Shown here: positions 1-11,225 of the stretch, one piece after another
Layout: the number at the start of each line of letters is the position of its first letter
Position numbering within the stretch: the stretch's first letter is position 1
NCBI GenBank assembly: GCA_965261085.1
Contig: OZ253442.1
Location: 2,944,001 to 3,008,000, forward strand
DNA length: 64,000 nt
Direction of reading: 5' to 3'
Source of the DNA: a bacterium
Lineage (GTDB): Bacteria; UBA8248
Program-made: the position numbers and the translations under genes
Notes under the pieces: generated by a model
What the model was told of the DNA's origin: nothing
What the model saw: the letters and a program-made list of their open reading frames with translations, nothing else
Database searches by the model: none

Positions 1-49
1 CGGATTTTTTATATTTCAGGTAACGATTCACTGAAAGGAAGGAGGCGTC

Positions 50-460
50 ATGGGCGATCAGCATAAAAAACCCTTGCGCGTAAGGGAGAGCGAGGCCCTG
101 AGCGGGGAGTTGCCCGTACCTGGAGGCAGGAGCATGTTCCGCATTCTGCTGGATGAGGAGACAGTGGGCGCCAAGCAGTTCGCCTTGCTCATCAACGAAT
201 TCGACCCGGGGCTCACCTCCACCGCCCATAAGCACGACACCGAGGAGCATGCCTTCTACATCATCAGCGGAACGGGGGTGATCGACATCGAGGGGGATAA
301 GATATCGGTCGAGGCGGGCGATGCGGTTTTCGTACCTCCGGGCAAGATGCACCAAATCACGAGCACGGGTGACGCGCTTTTTAAATATATGGTTTTATAT
401 TCACCTCCGGGTCCCAACGTAGCGCTCAGGGAAAAAGGCGCTTATGGGCTCGCTGAATAA
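50..460 (+). CDS. Cupin domain protein (cupin_2-like)
   Basis: Two cupin motifs, AHKHDTEEHAFYIISGTG and GDAVFVPPGKMH; AGGAGG RBS just upstream of the ATG. Confidence 0.85.
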   Translation: MGDQHKKPLRVRESEALSGELPVPGGRSMFRILLDEETVGAKQFALLINEFDPGLTSTAHKHDTEEHAFYIISGTGVIDIEGDKISVEAGDAVFVPPGKMHQITSTGDALFKYMVLYSPPGPNVALREKGAYGLAE

Positions 461-536
461 TTCGGGTCTGATGCGTTAAGTCATCTTCACAAAACGGTAT
501 AATAAGGATAAACCAAAATCCTTTTAGGGATAAAAA

Positions 537-3086
537 ATGACCACTGTACTTTCATTTCAGGTAGTGCCCAGCCTTCCTCCCGAATTGGAAGGGCTCGAAG
601 AAATAGCCAACAACATCGCCTTCGACTGGAATCATCGCGCGCGCGCGCTGTTCGCCCACCTGGATGAGGCCCTGTGGGAGGATTGCCACTACAACCCCGT
701 CACGATGCTGAAGTCCGTTTCGCAGGAGCGGCTCGATGCGGCGGCGCGCGATGCGCATTTCCTCCGCGATATGGAAAGCGTGGTCAAAGAGCTTCACGCA
801 TACCTCCACAAACCATCCTGGTACCAGAACCTGCCAGAGAGCGAAAAGAGCGAAGATTTGCGCATCGCCTACTTCAGCATGGAATTCGGGCTGACGGAAT
901 CCGTGCCCAACTATTCGGGCGGCCTGGGCGTCCTCGCCGGGGATCATATGAAATCCGCGAGCGACTTGGGGCTCCCCCTCATCGGCGTTGGCCTCGCCTA
1001 CGGCCAGGGGTATTTTCGCCAACACTTGGGGCCCGACGGCTGGCAACAGGAACGCTACCCGGACAACGATTTCCATCACACGCCGTTCCACCTCGAGCGC
1101 GATGAGAACGGCGAGCCCATCACGGTCGAGATCGACTACCCCGACGGCCCGCTCACCGCGCAAGTCTGGCACGTGCAGGTGGGCCGCAGCCCCATCTACC
1201 TCTTGGACGCCGACGTACCCGCAAACGCGCCCTCTCTGCGCGAAATCACCCTGGCCCTCTACGCCGGGGACATGGAGACGCGGATTCGCCAGGAGATACT
1301 GCTCGGCATCGGCGGCGTGAGACTACTCCACAAGCTGAACCTCCCCCCTGTCGTCTGCCACATGAACGAGGGGCACTCCGCCTTCCTGGCGCTCGAGAGA
1401 ATCCGTTTTTCGGTGGGGAAATTCGGCATAGACGCCGGGGCGGCGCGGGAGTTGACCTCAGCAGGAAACGTCTTTACGACGCACACGCCCGTTCCGGCGG
1501 GCATCGACATTTTTCCGCCCGACATGATGGAAAAATACTTTCGCGAATACGCGCAATCCCTCTCCATGGACTGGGACGACTTTATGGGTCTGGGCCGGGT
1601 GAACCCCGAACAGGGAGATGAACCTTTCAACATGGCGGTCCTCGCGCTGCGTCTTTCCTCGGCGGCGAACGGCGTAAGCAAGCTGCATGGCGAGGTTTCA
1701 CGAAAAATGTGGCAATCCATGTGGCCGGAAGTCCCCGAGCAGGATATTCCCATCGACTCCATCACGAACGGCGTCCACTTTCCCACCTGGGTATCGCCCG
1801 GGATGAAGGAGTTGTTCGACAAGCACCTGGGCGGCGCCTGGGTGGACGAGACGGACAAACCTGAGAAATGGGAGAGAGTCGCCTCCATCCCGGATAGCGA
1901 ACTCTGGGGCGTCAGGGAGAAAAGCCGCGAGCGGCTCATCGAGTTTTGCCGCGCACACGCGCTCAAGCGGCCATTGGGAAGCGTCACGCGCCCCAACATC
2001 ACCATACTCCCCAACCCCAAAGCCCTGACGATCGGATTCGCCAGACGTTTCGCCACCTACAAACGGGCCACTCTTTTGCTCAAGAGACCGGAACGCTTCG
2101 TCTCACTCCTCACGAACAGGGAAAAACCCGTTCAAATCGTATTCGCCGGTAAAGCCCACCCGAGGGACATGGAAGGCAAGAGTTTCATTCGCGAACTCCT
2201 CCACTTCGCCCGCAGGGAAAACGTGCGGGACAAACTCGTATTCGTGGAGGACTACGACATCCACGTCGCGCGGCAACTCGTTCAGGGAGTGGATATGTGG
2301 CTCAACAATCCCCGCCGCCCTCAGGAAGCAAGCGGCACCAGCGGCATGAAGGCCGCCGCCAACGGCGCCTTGAACCTGAGCATCATGGACGGCTGGTGGG
2401 CGGAGGGGTATGCAAGTCATTTGGGGTGGGCGATCGGAGGTCTCGAGACGTATAGCGACCCCGGCTACCAGGACGAGATGGAGTGCGAGAGCTTGTTCAA
2501 CACCCTCGAGCAAGTCGTTGTTCCCCTTTTCTATGAACGCAACGAAGAGGACATTCCATCCGGTTGGATAGAGATGATCAAGAATTCACTGCAATCCCTC
2601 TGTCCCTACTTCAATACAAGTCGAATGGTGCACGAATACGCTCAAAAATTTTACCTGCCCTTGGGAGCGCACCATGCGCGCCTCATGGCGGATGAGAGAA
2701 CACCCGCAAAGTCGCTCTCCGAATGGAAAGAGCGCGTGCGAGACGCATGGCCCGGGGTGGAGATCACCAAAATATCGATGTCGCAAAACGGCGTCGTTCC
2801 ACTGGGCGCCAAAATGAGGGTAGAAGCAGAGGTTTCGCTCGGAAGGCTCTCTCCAGAAGAAGTTCGTCTCGAGATATACGAGGGCGCCTTGAAAGAAGAG
2901 AACCAGTTGGCCGGCGAGGTGGTCTCCCCCATGCTCTTCTCGGAAGACTTAGGGGGCGGCGTATATCGTTTCCATGGCGAGATCGAATGCCGCAGAACGG
3001 GCATGCACGGCGTGTCGGTGCGCGCAGTGCCCCATCACCAGCACCTCATTCATCCTCTAGGCCTCCACCTTTTAACCTGGGGCTAG
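537..3086 (+). CDS. glgP: Alpha-glucan (glycogen/maltodextrin) phosphorylase
   Basis: YFSMEFGL, YSGGLGVLAGDH, GFARRFATYKRA and the PLP-binding EASGTSGMK motif; 849 aa. Confidence 0.95.
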   Translation: MTTVLSFQVVPSLPPELEGLEEIANNIAFDWNHRARALFAHLDEALWEDCHYNPVTMLKSVSQERLDAAARDAHFLRDMESVVKELHAYLHKPSWYQNLPESEKSEDLRIAYFSMEFGLTESVPNYSGGLGVLAGDHMKSASDLGLPLIGVGLAYGQGYFRQHLGPDGWQQERYPDNDFHHTPFHLERDENGEPITVEIDYPDGPLTAQVWHVQVGRSPIYLLDADVPANAPSLREITLALYAGDMETRIRQEILLGIGGVRLLHKLNLPPVVCHMNEGHSAFLALERIRFSVGKFGIDAGAARELTSAGNVFTTHTPVPAGIDIFPPDMMEKYFREYAQSLSMDWDDFMGLGRVNPEQGDEPFNMAVLALRLSSAANGVSKLHGEVSRKMWQSMWPEVPEQDIPIDSITNGVHFPTWVSPGMKELFDKHLGGAWVDETDKPEKWERVASIPDSELWGVREKSRERLIEFCRAHALKRPLGSVTRPNITILPNPKALTIGFARRFATYKRATLLLKRPERFVSLLTNREKPVQIVFAGKAHPRDMEGKSFIRELLHFARRENVRDKLVFVEDYDIHVARQLVQGVDMWLNNPRRPQEASGTSGMKAAANGALNLSIMDGWWAEGYASHLGWAIGGLETYSDPGYQDEMECESLFNTLEQVVVPLFYERNEEDIPSGWIEMIKNSLQSLCPYFNTSRMVHEYAQKFYLPLGAHHARLMADERTPAKSLSEWKERVRDAWPGVEITKISMSQNGVVPLGAKMRVEAEVSLGRLSPEEVRLEIYEGALKEENQLAGEVVSPMLFSEDLGGGVYRFHGEIECRRTGMHGVSVRAVPHHQHLIHPLGLHLLTWG

Positions 3087-3109
3087 GCCCAGCGCGCCAA
3101 AAAGCGCAT

Positions 3110-3138
3110 TTCATGTTTCTCCCCACTCTTGGTAAGCT
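3110..3138 (+). promoter_or_regulatory. Putative sigma70-type promoter for the AbrB-like gene
   Basis: TTCATG-17 nt-TAAGCT with an extended -10 TG; GGAGGA RBS downstream. Confidence 0.35.
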
Positions 3139-3183
3139 GTTCGAAACGAAGGGCCGATCAGCGGGCTCGGAGGAGAATTATTC

Positions 3184-3498
3184 ATGAACGAGAAGAAACC
3201 ATACATCGTCGAAATCGGTCAGGGGGGAAGAATCCATCTTCCCAAGGATGTCATGAAATCCCTGGACGCCGGGCCCGGGAATCAAATCAGGTTTGAGATT
3301 GGGGAGGATTCCGTGCGGATTCTGCGTCATCAGGTAAAAGACCCGTTTGCCGAAGCCGCCAGGAAGAAAACCCCCGACATTCAGGATTTGATGAGTCAAC
3401 AAGCGGCCAGAAGAAAAGAGGCGGCCGATCTGTTTGAGAAAGGAATGCAGGAAAAACACGAAATCAGGCCCGAGGATCGGGAAGATTTCTGGCGGTAA
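3184..3498 (+). CDS. AbrB/MazE/SpoVT-family DNA-binding domain protein
   Basis: N-terminal IVEIGQGGRIHLPKDVMKSLDAGPGNQIRFEIGEDSVRI fits the swapped-hairpin pattern; helical charged C-terminus. Confidence 0.8.
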   Translation: MNEKKPYIVEIGQGGRIHLPKDVMKSLDAGPGNQIRFEIGEDSVRILRHQVKDPFAEAARKKTPDIQDLMSQQAARRKEAADLFEKGMQEKHEIRPEDREDFWR

Positions 3499-3537
3499 CG
3501 GCAAATAGCCAGAAAAGCGAAACCGCTGCAAAATCCC

Positions 3538-5436
3538 CTACAGGCTGAATCCTTCCTCAAAGCGGATGTTGGCCGCTTGTTTGATTTTGTCCAGATATTG
3601 GTTGAATACCATCGCCTTCTTCAGGCGAAGCAGGCCCTGGAGGAAATTCGTTTTCTCGGAATCGAACTTTTTCATGTCCGTCTGCGGCCCCTCCAACACC
3701 TCGAACAAAATCACGTCATTACCGGATTGGGCCATCCCGAACCCACCCTTCTTGAGGGTGAATGCGAGATTCGAAAGCTCCTGAGAAGGCCCAAGTTCGT
3801 CGGGAACACCCGCTCGCTTGAAGGCTTCGGGCTTGAGCACCTTGAGTTTGAGGTCCTCGGCGATGGAGGAGAGGTTGTGTTTTTCATCCTTCAACTCCTG
3901 AAGCCGAAGCGCCGCATTTCGTTTCGCGAACTCGGCCCCCTTGAGGCGTATAAATGATCTCTCCACCTGTTTGCGAACTTCCAGGAATCTCGGAACAAAA
4001 GGCGCCCTTTTCGCCTCAAGGCGCACGAAGCTGACGCCCCTATCCCCTTCCTGTTCTCTGGATATCTTCTCCTCGCCGCTCAGGCCGAAGGCAAGCTCGC
4101 TCACGACGCCGGATGCAGGCGCCGTCTGCGAAAGACGGCCTCTTTCAAAGAAACCGGTTTCGCCCTTTTTCAGTCCGTCGTGGGCAGGCTCCGCTTTCTT
4201 GTCCTCCAACGCGTAGCGGATTTTTCTTAGTTCATTCTTCGCCCGCTCTCTGGAGCGCAAGGCCCGCAAATCTTCTTCCACTTGCTTTCGAACTTCCTCG
4301 AACGGCTTCTCGCCGGGCAACACCTTATCCCGCACCCACAGCAGGTGCATCCCGAAAGAAGTCTTCACCGGCCGGCTCACCTCTCCTTTCTTCAGGACAT
4401 AGGCTACCTTCTCCAACTCGGGCAGCATCTGTCCTCTGCCGAAAACGCCGAGCTCGCCCCCTCCCTTCGCCCCCGGGCCTTCAGAGTACGCTTTGGCCAG
4501 TTCCGTGAATTTTTCTCCCTTCATGACGCGCTCGCGTAGCGCTTCGAGCCGTTTCCGGCTCGCCTCGATTTGCTCTTCCTTCGCATCGGGAGAAAGCTTC
4601 AAAAAGATTTGATTCACCGCTACGCTCTCTTTGCGCGCATACGTCGCGCGGATTCGCGTGTAGTGAGAGCGCAAGTCCGCATCATTCAGTTTGATGTCTT
4701 TCTCCACTGCGGAAAACGGGAGATGCCACCATGACACCTTCCTTTGCGGACCGGTTTTGAACTGATCTTTATTTTTTTCATAATGGGCCATCAGGTCGGC
4801 ATCCAGTTTAGGCACGTCTGCGGCGAAGGTCTCTGGCTTCAGGCGAACGGCGGCCAACTTGATTTCCGCGTTTCTCCACTCATAGGCGCCCCGCGCTTCC
4901 TGTTCGTTGACCAACACGCCCAAGTTCACATAATCACGAAGCTGGTTGAGCAAAACGACCCGCCTTTGGTCCTCCTCGAACTGCCGGGGGGTGATGCCGT
5001 TCGACTCCAGGATGCTGCGATATCGCTGCGCGTCGAAATTCCCGTCTTTTTGAAAGGGGGGGAGCGTTTGTATCTGGAGGGCGACTTCTGAGTTCGTGAC
5101 CTCGATGCCGAGCCGCCGGGCTTCGCGCAGTTGAAGTTTCTCCAAAATGAGAGAATCGAGCGTCTGGCGCCTGAGGCCGAGCCGGCGTGCGAGTTCCTCA
5201 TTAAAGGCGGCGCCAAGCTGCCGCCTGAGCCTTTCCGCCTGCTGATAATAGCGTTGCTCGAATTCACGCACCGATATGGGCGTCTCGCCCACCCATGCCG
5301 CAACCCGGCCGCCGCCGGAGTTACTCTGCCTGTCCGAGAGCGCAAACCCGCCGAAAGAAACGAATGTGAGCGCTACGAAGCCGAGCAGCGCCTTCAGAAC
5401 CCAGCTTTTGCCCTTTTCCCTCAAAAAGCGAAGCAT
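3538..5436 (-). CDS. ppiD: PpiD/SurA-family membrane-anchored periplasmic chaperone with a parvulin PPIase domain
   Basis: N-terminal MLRFLR..SWVLKALLGFVALTFVSFG anchor, SurA_N-like region, rotamase motif FTELAKAYSEGPGAKGGGELG...PVKTSFGMHL; start set at ATG 5436. Confidence 0.85.
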   Translation of the reverse strand: MLRFLREKGKSWVLKALLGFVALTFVSFGGFALSDRQSNSGGGRVAAWVGETPISVREFEQRYYQQAERLRRQLGAAFNEELARRLGLRRQTLDSLILEKLQLREARRLGIEVTNSEVALQIQTLPPFQKDGNFDAQRYRSILESNGITPRQFEEDQRRVVLLNQLRDYVNLGVLVNEQEARGAYEWRNAEIKLAAVRLKPETFAADVPKLDADLMAHYEKNKDQFKTGPQRKVSWWHLPFSAVEKDIKLNDADLRSHYTRIRATYARKESVAVNQIFLKLSPDAKEEQIEASRKRLEALRERVMKGEKFTELAKAYSEGPGAKGGGELGVFGRGQMLPELEKVAYVLKKGEVSRPVKTSFGMHLLWVRDKVLPGEKPFEEVRKQVEEDLRALRSRERAKNELRKIRYALEDKKAEPAHDGLKKGETGFFERGRLSQTAPASGVVSELAFGLSGEEKISREQEGDRGVSFVRLEAKRAPFVPRFLEVRKQVERSFIRLKGAEFAKRNAALRLQELKDEKHNLSSIAEDLKLKVLKPEAFKRAGVPDELGPSQELSNLAFTLKKGGFGMAQSGNDVILFEVLEGPQTDMKKFDSEKTNFLQGLLRLKKAMVFNQYLDKIKQAANIRFEEGFSL

Positions 5437-5686
5437 CAATGTTGCACTCCTTCCAAATCGACCGCTCATGCAATCGAGCACGAATTCAGCAACAAGCAAA
5501 AGAGAAAATAGCCCACCTCTCGTGTCATCGCAAACCGGACGAGGTGATTTTTACGGACTCTGCCCGCCACCCGATGAAATTTTTATCGAATCGAGACGCC
5601 TTTATCCTTGAAATTGGTGTTTTCCTTGATTATTCTCGCTTGGAGTGTAATCATAGGCCGTAGTAGAAATACCGCCCATGGAATGA

Positions 5687-6745
<1,059 letters not shown>

Positions 6746-6826
6746 CCGATATACTTCACCGAAGTTTCGGTCACTGCCCACAATAGCGCTATAGCGCGCA
6801 TTTCTGGAAATAAACCCTAGAATACT

Positions 6827-7660
6827 ATGTTTCAATTTTTAGCCGAACGCAGAAGTTTAGCCCTCCTCGTAGGGTTGTTTGTCGTCTGCTTCTCGCTTAT
6901 GACTCTGAGCGTGCGCTTTCGGGGTCAATCCACTTTGGTGGAAAGAGCGCTTCTCTCTCTCGTCGGGTCAGCCATCCAGGTAGCCGACATACCCAGAAAA
7001 TGGTCGGTCGAGCTCTGGCAAAAATACCAGCTCCTCAATAATGCACACGAAGAAAACATAGAGTTGAAGCAAAAACTGCAATCGCTCAGTGCAGATCATG
7101 CGCTGATGCAGGAATTGAAATTGGAAATCGCACGCCTCGAGAAACTGCTCGGCGCTTCGGGGAATCTCGCGGCGCCCGTTCGCCTCGCCCGTATTGTGGC
7201 CCGCCAGAAGAGCATCTATGGAGAATCGCTACTGATAGGCCTCGGATCGCGAGACGGCGTGCGCAAGAATATGCCGGTCATGCACCAGGCGGGCCTCGTG
7301 GGAAGAATTTCTCGTGTGGGGAACAACGTGAGCCAGGTTTTGACCCTGCTCGATTCGAGAAGCGCCGTCAACGTCATCGCCCAGCGCTCACGCGCGCAAG
7401 GGGTTTTCGCCATCTCCTCCGAAGGAGAGAGCGAGGTGCGCTACATGCCGTTCCACGTGGAAATGAAGCGTGGGGATCTGCTCATTTCCTCCGGGTTGGG
7501 GGGCATTTTTCCAAAAGGACTCCCCGTGGCCCATTTAGCGGAAGTCACAGACGTCAGAGGGTTGTTCCCGAAAATAAAGGCCAAAGCGATTGTGGATTTT
7601 TCAAATTTGGAAGAGGTGATGATCCTGATGACGAAGCCTAAGGAAAACCCTTGGAAATGA
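6827..7660 (+). CDS. mreC: Rod shape-determining protein MreC
   Basis: N-terminal TM helix, coiled coil, GLVGRI and SSGLGGIFPKGLPV; directly after mreB. Confidence 0.93.
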   Translation: MFQFLAERRSLALLVGLFVVCFSLMTLSVRFRGQSTLVERALLSLVGSAIQVADIPRKWSVELWQKYQLLNNAHEENIELKQKLQSLSADHALMQELKLEIARLEKLLGASGNLAAPVRLARIVARQKSIYGESLLIGLGSRDGVRKNMPVMHQAGLVGRISRVGNNVSQVLTLLDSRSAVNVIAQRSRAQGVFAISSEGESEVRYMPFHVEMKRGDLLISSGLGGIFPKGLPVAHLAEVTDVRGLFPKIKAKAIVDFSNLEEVMILMTKPKENPWK

Positions 7661-8178
7661 TTGTTTTATTTTATATTATACTCGCCATATTAACAATCGT
7701 CCTGCACACGTCGGTGGCGGATTATTTTTCGATCTGGATTGGCGCCAGGCCAGACGCTATGCTTCTTACGACAGTTTTCCTGGGTCTGCATCGTGACAGG
7801 GCGACGGGACTCATCGCAGGATTCAGTCTCGGAATTGTTGAGGACGTGCTCTCAGGGGGCTTGCTGGGTTTTAACGCGCTCCTCAAAGGGTTGATTGGTC
7901 ATTACACGGGCGGACTGAAACCCAGTATGACGGCGCGCTTCGTCATGTTTCAGTGCGCGGTGGTGTTTTTCGCCTCGATTTTCAACATCTTATTTTCTTT
8001 CCTTCTCGTGCGAATATTTTTACCCGATCAATTTCTGACCATCAGTTATTGGATAGATTCCATCAAGACGGCGGGTCTGAATGTCGTTTTGGCGCCGTTC
8101 GTCATCAGCCTTATGGGAAAGATGGAGGAAAAGGTGCTACCATCCGAAGCGGGCACGTCCTATCCGGAGCGATCCTGA
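7657..8178 (+). CDS. mreD: Rod shape-determining protein MreD
   Basis: Hydrophobic multi-TM protein with RPD and GIVEDVLSGGLLG motifs; ATGA overlap with mreC. Confidence 0.9.
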   Translation: MIVLFYIILAILTIVLHTSVADYFSIWIGARPDAMLLTTVFLGLHRDRATGLIAGFSLGIVEDVLSGGLLGFNALLKGLIGHYTGGLKPSMTARFVMFQCAVVFFASIFNILFSFLLVRIFLPDQFLTISYWIDSIKTAGLNVVLAPFVISLMGKMEEKVLPSEAGTSYPERS

Positions 8179-8179
8179 G

Positions 8180-10081
8180 ATGAAAAAGTGGCAATTCAAC
8201 TCAAATCCCGAGACGAGTGACGCGCTCAAGCGCCGTGTTTTCATTTTCGGCATCTGTTTTGGCCTCATCCTCTTCGGCTTGTTCATCAGACTCTGGAACC
8301 TCCAGGTGATCCAGGGCGCAAAATTCCGCACCCTCTCCGAAGGCAACCGGATCGCTTACCGACTCGTGCAAAGCCCCAGGGGTATGGTGTTCGACTCAGA
8401 GGGAGAACTGCTTGCGGACAACCGTGCGTCGTTCAATATTTATCTGATCCGCGAAAATGTAAAAAAACTAAAACAGACCATTCGGCTGCTGGCCGAAATC
8501 ACGGAACAACCCTTCGAGGAACTCTACAAGAGAACCCGGTATGCGAATCCCTTCCGGCCATTCCTGATCAAGGCGGACATCAGCCGCAAAACCATGGCCT
8601 TCCTGGAAGAAAACAAGCCCGATTATCCCGGCGTATTCGTTCAGGTGACGCCGCTCAGGCAGTACCCCTCAAAAGAGCAGGCGAGCCATCTTCTGGGCTA
8701 TATGGCCGAGGTCAGCAACCGTCAGTTGCAACGCCTGAAAAAACAAAACTACCGGCAGGGAGATCTGCTCGGCCAATACGGCGTAGAGCGAACCCAGGAA
8801 AAATTCCTGCGCGGGCAGAGCGGCTTCAAGCAAGTGGAGGTAGACGCCTACGGAAGAGAGTTGCGCGTCGTCCGCCCGTTCGTGGAAAAACCGGGGAACA
8901 ACGTCTATCTGACAATCGACATCGAGCTCCAGAAAAAGGCGGAAAAGTTGTTCGAAGCGCATGAAGGCAGCATCATCGTCCTCGATCCATCGGACGGCGC
9001 CATTTTGGCCATGGTGAGCAAGCCATCCTTCAACCCGAACATCTTCGCCGGCGGCATCGACGCCAAAAACTGGAAAGGCCTCATTAATGACCCCTTGAAA
9101 CCGCTCGAAAACCGGGCTATCCGAGGCCAATACCCCCCTGGCTCGATTTTCAAAATCGTGATGGCTTTCGCGATTCTGAACGAAAAAATCGCCCGTTCCG
9201 ACGAAAAAATACGCTGCCACGGCTCGTTTCCATTCGGGAAAAAACTGTTTCGCGACTGGAAAAATGAAGGGCATGGGCCGATAGGCTTCACTCAATCACT
9301 CGCCCAGAGTTGCGATGTCTACTACTACACCAACGGCCACAAGCTGGGCATCGAGAGAATCGCTCGTTACGCGCGCATGTTCGGCTTGGGTTCGCCCACC
9401 GGTTTCGGAGCCACCGAAAAAGGAGGACTCGTACCATCGGATGCCTGGAAGCGCCGCCGATTCAATGAAAGATGGTATGAAGGCGAGACGATCAGCGTAT
9501 CCATCGGCCAAGGCTTTAATCTCATCACGCCCATGCAGGCCGCCAACCTCATCGCCACCGTGGCGAACGGCGGTTATCTCTGGAAACCCTACATCGTGAA
9601 AAAAGTGCTGAGCCCCGGCGGCAGAACACTTTTCGAATCCAGGCCCCAACTCATTCGCAAGATTCCGATCTCCCAGGACATTTTCCAGAAAGTTCGAGAA
9701 GGGCTCAAAGAAGCCGTCCACGGCAAGCGGGGTACGGCGAAGAAGGCCCAGGTACCGGGCATCTTCGTGGCCGGCAAGACAGGCACCGCCCAGACAGTCG
9801 ACCTCAAATACACGGGCCGCAAAAGAAAACCCGAAGAGTTGCTGCGGAAATTCCGGGACCATGGCTGGTTCGTCGCATTCGCCCCTTACGAGAACCCCAC
9901 CATCGCGGTCGCCATTTTGGGAGAAAACGCCGGCAGGCCGGGGTCTTTTTTCGCCCCATACGCAAAAGAGTTGATTTCCTTTCATCTCGATAAAAACGAG
10001 CAAGAGATTCTGGCTTCGAACGAAACGACTGAAGAAAAATCAGCCGCCTCAGACAATCGGGCGCCGGGAGAACGTAGATGA
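8180..10081 (+). CDS. mrdA: Penicillin-binding protein 2 (transpeptidase)
   Basis: YPPGSIFK (SxxK), SCD and AGKTGTAQ motifs; N-terminal TM helix; start set at ATG 8180. Confidence 0.96.
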   Translation: MKKWQFNSNPETSDALKRRVFIFGICFGLILFGLFIRLWNLQVIQGAKFRTLSEGNRIAYRLVQSPRGMVFDSEGELLADNRASFNIYLIRENVKKLKQTIRLLAEITEQPFEELYKRTRYANPFRPFLIKADISRKTMAFLEENKPDYPGVFVQVTPLRQYPSKEQASHLLGYMAEVSNRQLQRLKKQNYRQGDLLGQYGVERTQEKFLRGQSGFKQVEVDAYGRELRVVRPFVEKPGNNVYLTIDIELQKKAEKLFEAHEGSIIVLDPSDGAILAMVSKPSFNPNIFAGGIDAKNWKGLINDPLKPLENRAIRGQYPPGSIFKIVMAFAILNEKIARSDEKIRCHGSFPFGKKLFRDWKNEGHGPIGFTQSLAQSCDVYYYTNGHKLGIERIARYARMFGLGSPTGFGATEKGGLVPSDAWKRRRFNERWYEGETISVSIGQGFNLITPMQAANLIATVANGGYLWKPYIVKKVLSPGGRTLFESRPQLIRKIPISQDIFQKVREGLKEAVHGKRGTAKKAQVPGIFVAGKTGTAQTVDLKYTGRKRKPEELLRKFRDHGWFVAFAPYENPTIAVAILGENAGRPGSFFAPYAKELISFHLDKNEQEILASNETTEEKSAASDNRAPGERR

Positions 10082-11220
10082 CAGGTGTTGCTTCTTCTCA
10101 ATCATCGCCTTTTCGGCGAGCCCTCTCGCAGATGGACTGGCTGCTCGTTCTAGCCACGCTTTTGCTCAGTTTGACGGGCATTTTCATGATATACAGCTCA
10201 ATACATTCGAACCCCGTTTTTCTTGAAAATTCCCTACACCTCAAACAAGCGCTGTGGTCATCTCTCGGATTCTGCGTCCTGCTGTGCATCCTTTTTTTCG
10301 ACTACCACACTTTTACGCGCTGGGCCTATCTACTTTACGCCCTCATCATCGTCCTGCTCATCGTCGTCCTCTTCTCGGGGCAGGTGGTCTACGGCGCGAA
10401 ACGCTGGCTCGTTTTCGGTCCCTTGCGACTGCAGCCCTCCGAACTGGCGCGTCTGGCGGTTATTCTCGTGCTGGCCAGGTATTTCGGCTCGCGCGCAGAG
10501 GAAACACCCATCGGTTTCCTGGAACTCATCCCGGCATTCTTTCTAACGATTGCGCCCGTTCTCCTGATTGTCCGACAACCCGATTTGGGCACCGGTCTCA
10601 CCGTCTTGCTGATAGCGGGAGCGATGGTCTTGGCCGTCGGCGTCAAAAGAAGAGTCATCCTCACCATCGGAAGCGCGGCGATCGCGTGCGCGCCGCTGGG
10701 CTGGTTTTTTCTCAAGGAATATCAACGCCGCCGTATATTGACGCTATTCAACCCCGACGCCGACCCCCTCGGCGCCGGCTACCAGAGCATGCAAAGCATC
10801 ATCGCCGTCGGCAGCGGGGAATTCTGGGGCAAAGGACTTCTCCAGGGAACGCAGAGCAGGCTTCATTTCCTGCCGGAAAAACACACCGATTTCATTTTCT
10901 CCGTGTTGAGCGAAGAACTGGGTTTTATCGGCAGCGTTACCGTGTTGGCGTTGTTCTTCATTTTCATTCTGCGGTGTCTGAGCGCAGCGCTGAACGCCGC
11001 CGACAAGGAAGGCGCCTTGCTCGCAGTAGGCATCGCCACGGCGTTTTTCCTCTACATCATCTTCAATATCGGGATGACGCTCGGCCTGATGCCCATTGTC
11101 GGAATCCCGCTTCCCCTGGTCAGCTATGGAGGGAGCGCCTCCATCTCGTCTTTCATCGCCATCGGCATTGTATTAAACGTCGGCATGAGGCGAAAAAGCC
11201 TCACTCCCCTGCTCGGCTAA
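10078..11220 (+). CDS. rodA: SEDS peptidoglycan glycosyltransferase RodA
   Basis: LQPSELA, QPDLGT, FLPEKHTDFIF, GIPLPLVSYGGS. Confidence 0.96.
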   Translation: MTGVASSQSSPFRRALSQMDWLLVLATLLLSLTGIFMIYSSIHSNPVFLENSLHLKQALWSSLGFCVLLCILFFDYHTFTRWAYLLYALIIVLLIVVLFSGQVVYGAKRWLVFGPLRLQPSELARLAVILVLARYFGSRAEETPIGFLELIPAFFLTIAPVLLIVRQPDLGTGLTVLLIAGAMVLAVGVKRRVILTIGSAAIACAPLGWFFLKEYQRRRILTLFNPDADPLGAGYQSMQSIIAVGSGEFWGKGLLQGTQSRLHFLPEKHTDFIFSVLSEELGFIGSVTVLALFFIFILRCLSAALNAADKEGALLAVGIATAFFLYIIFNIGMTLGLMPIVGIPLPLVSYGGSASISSFIAIGIVLNVGMRRKSLTPLLG

Positions 11221-11225
11221 CCTCC

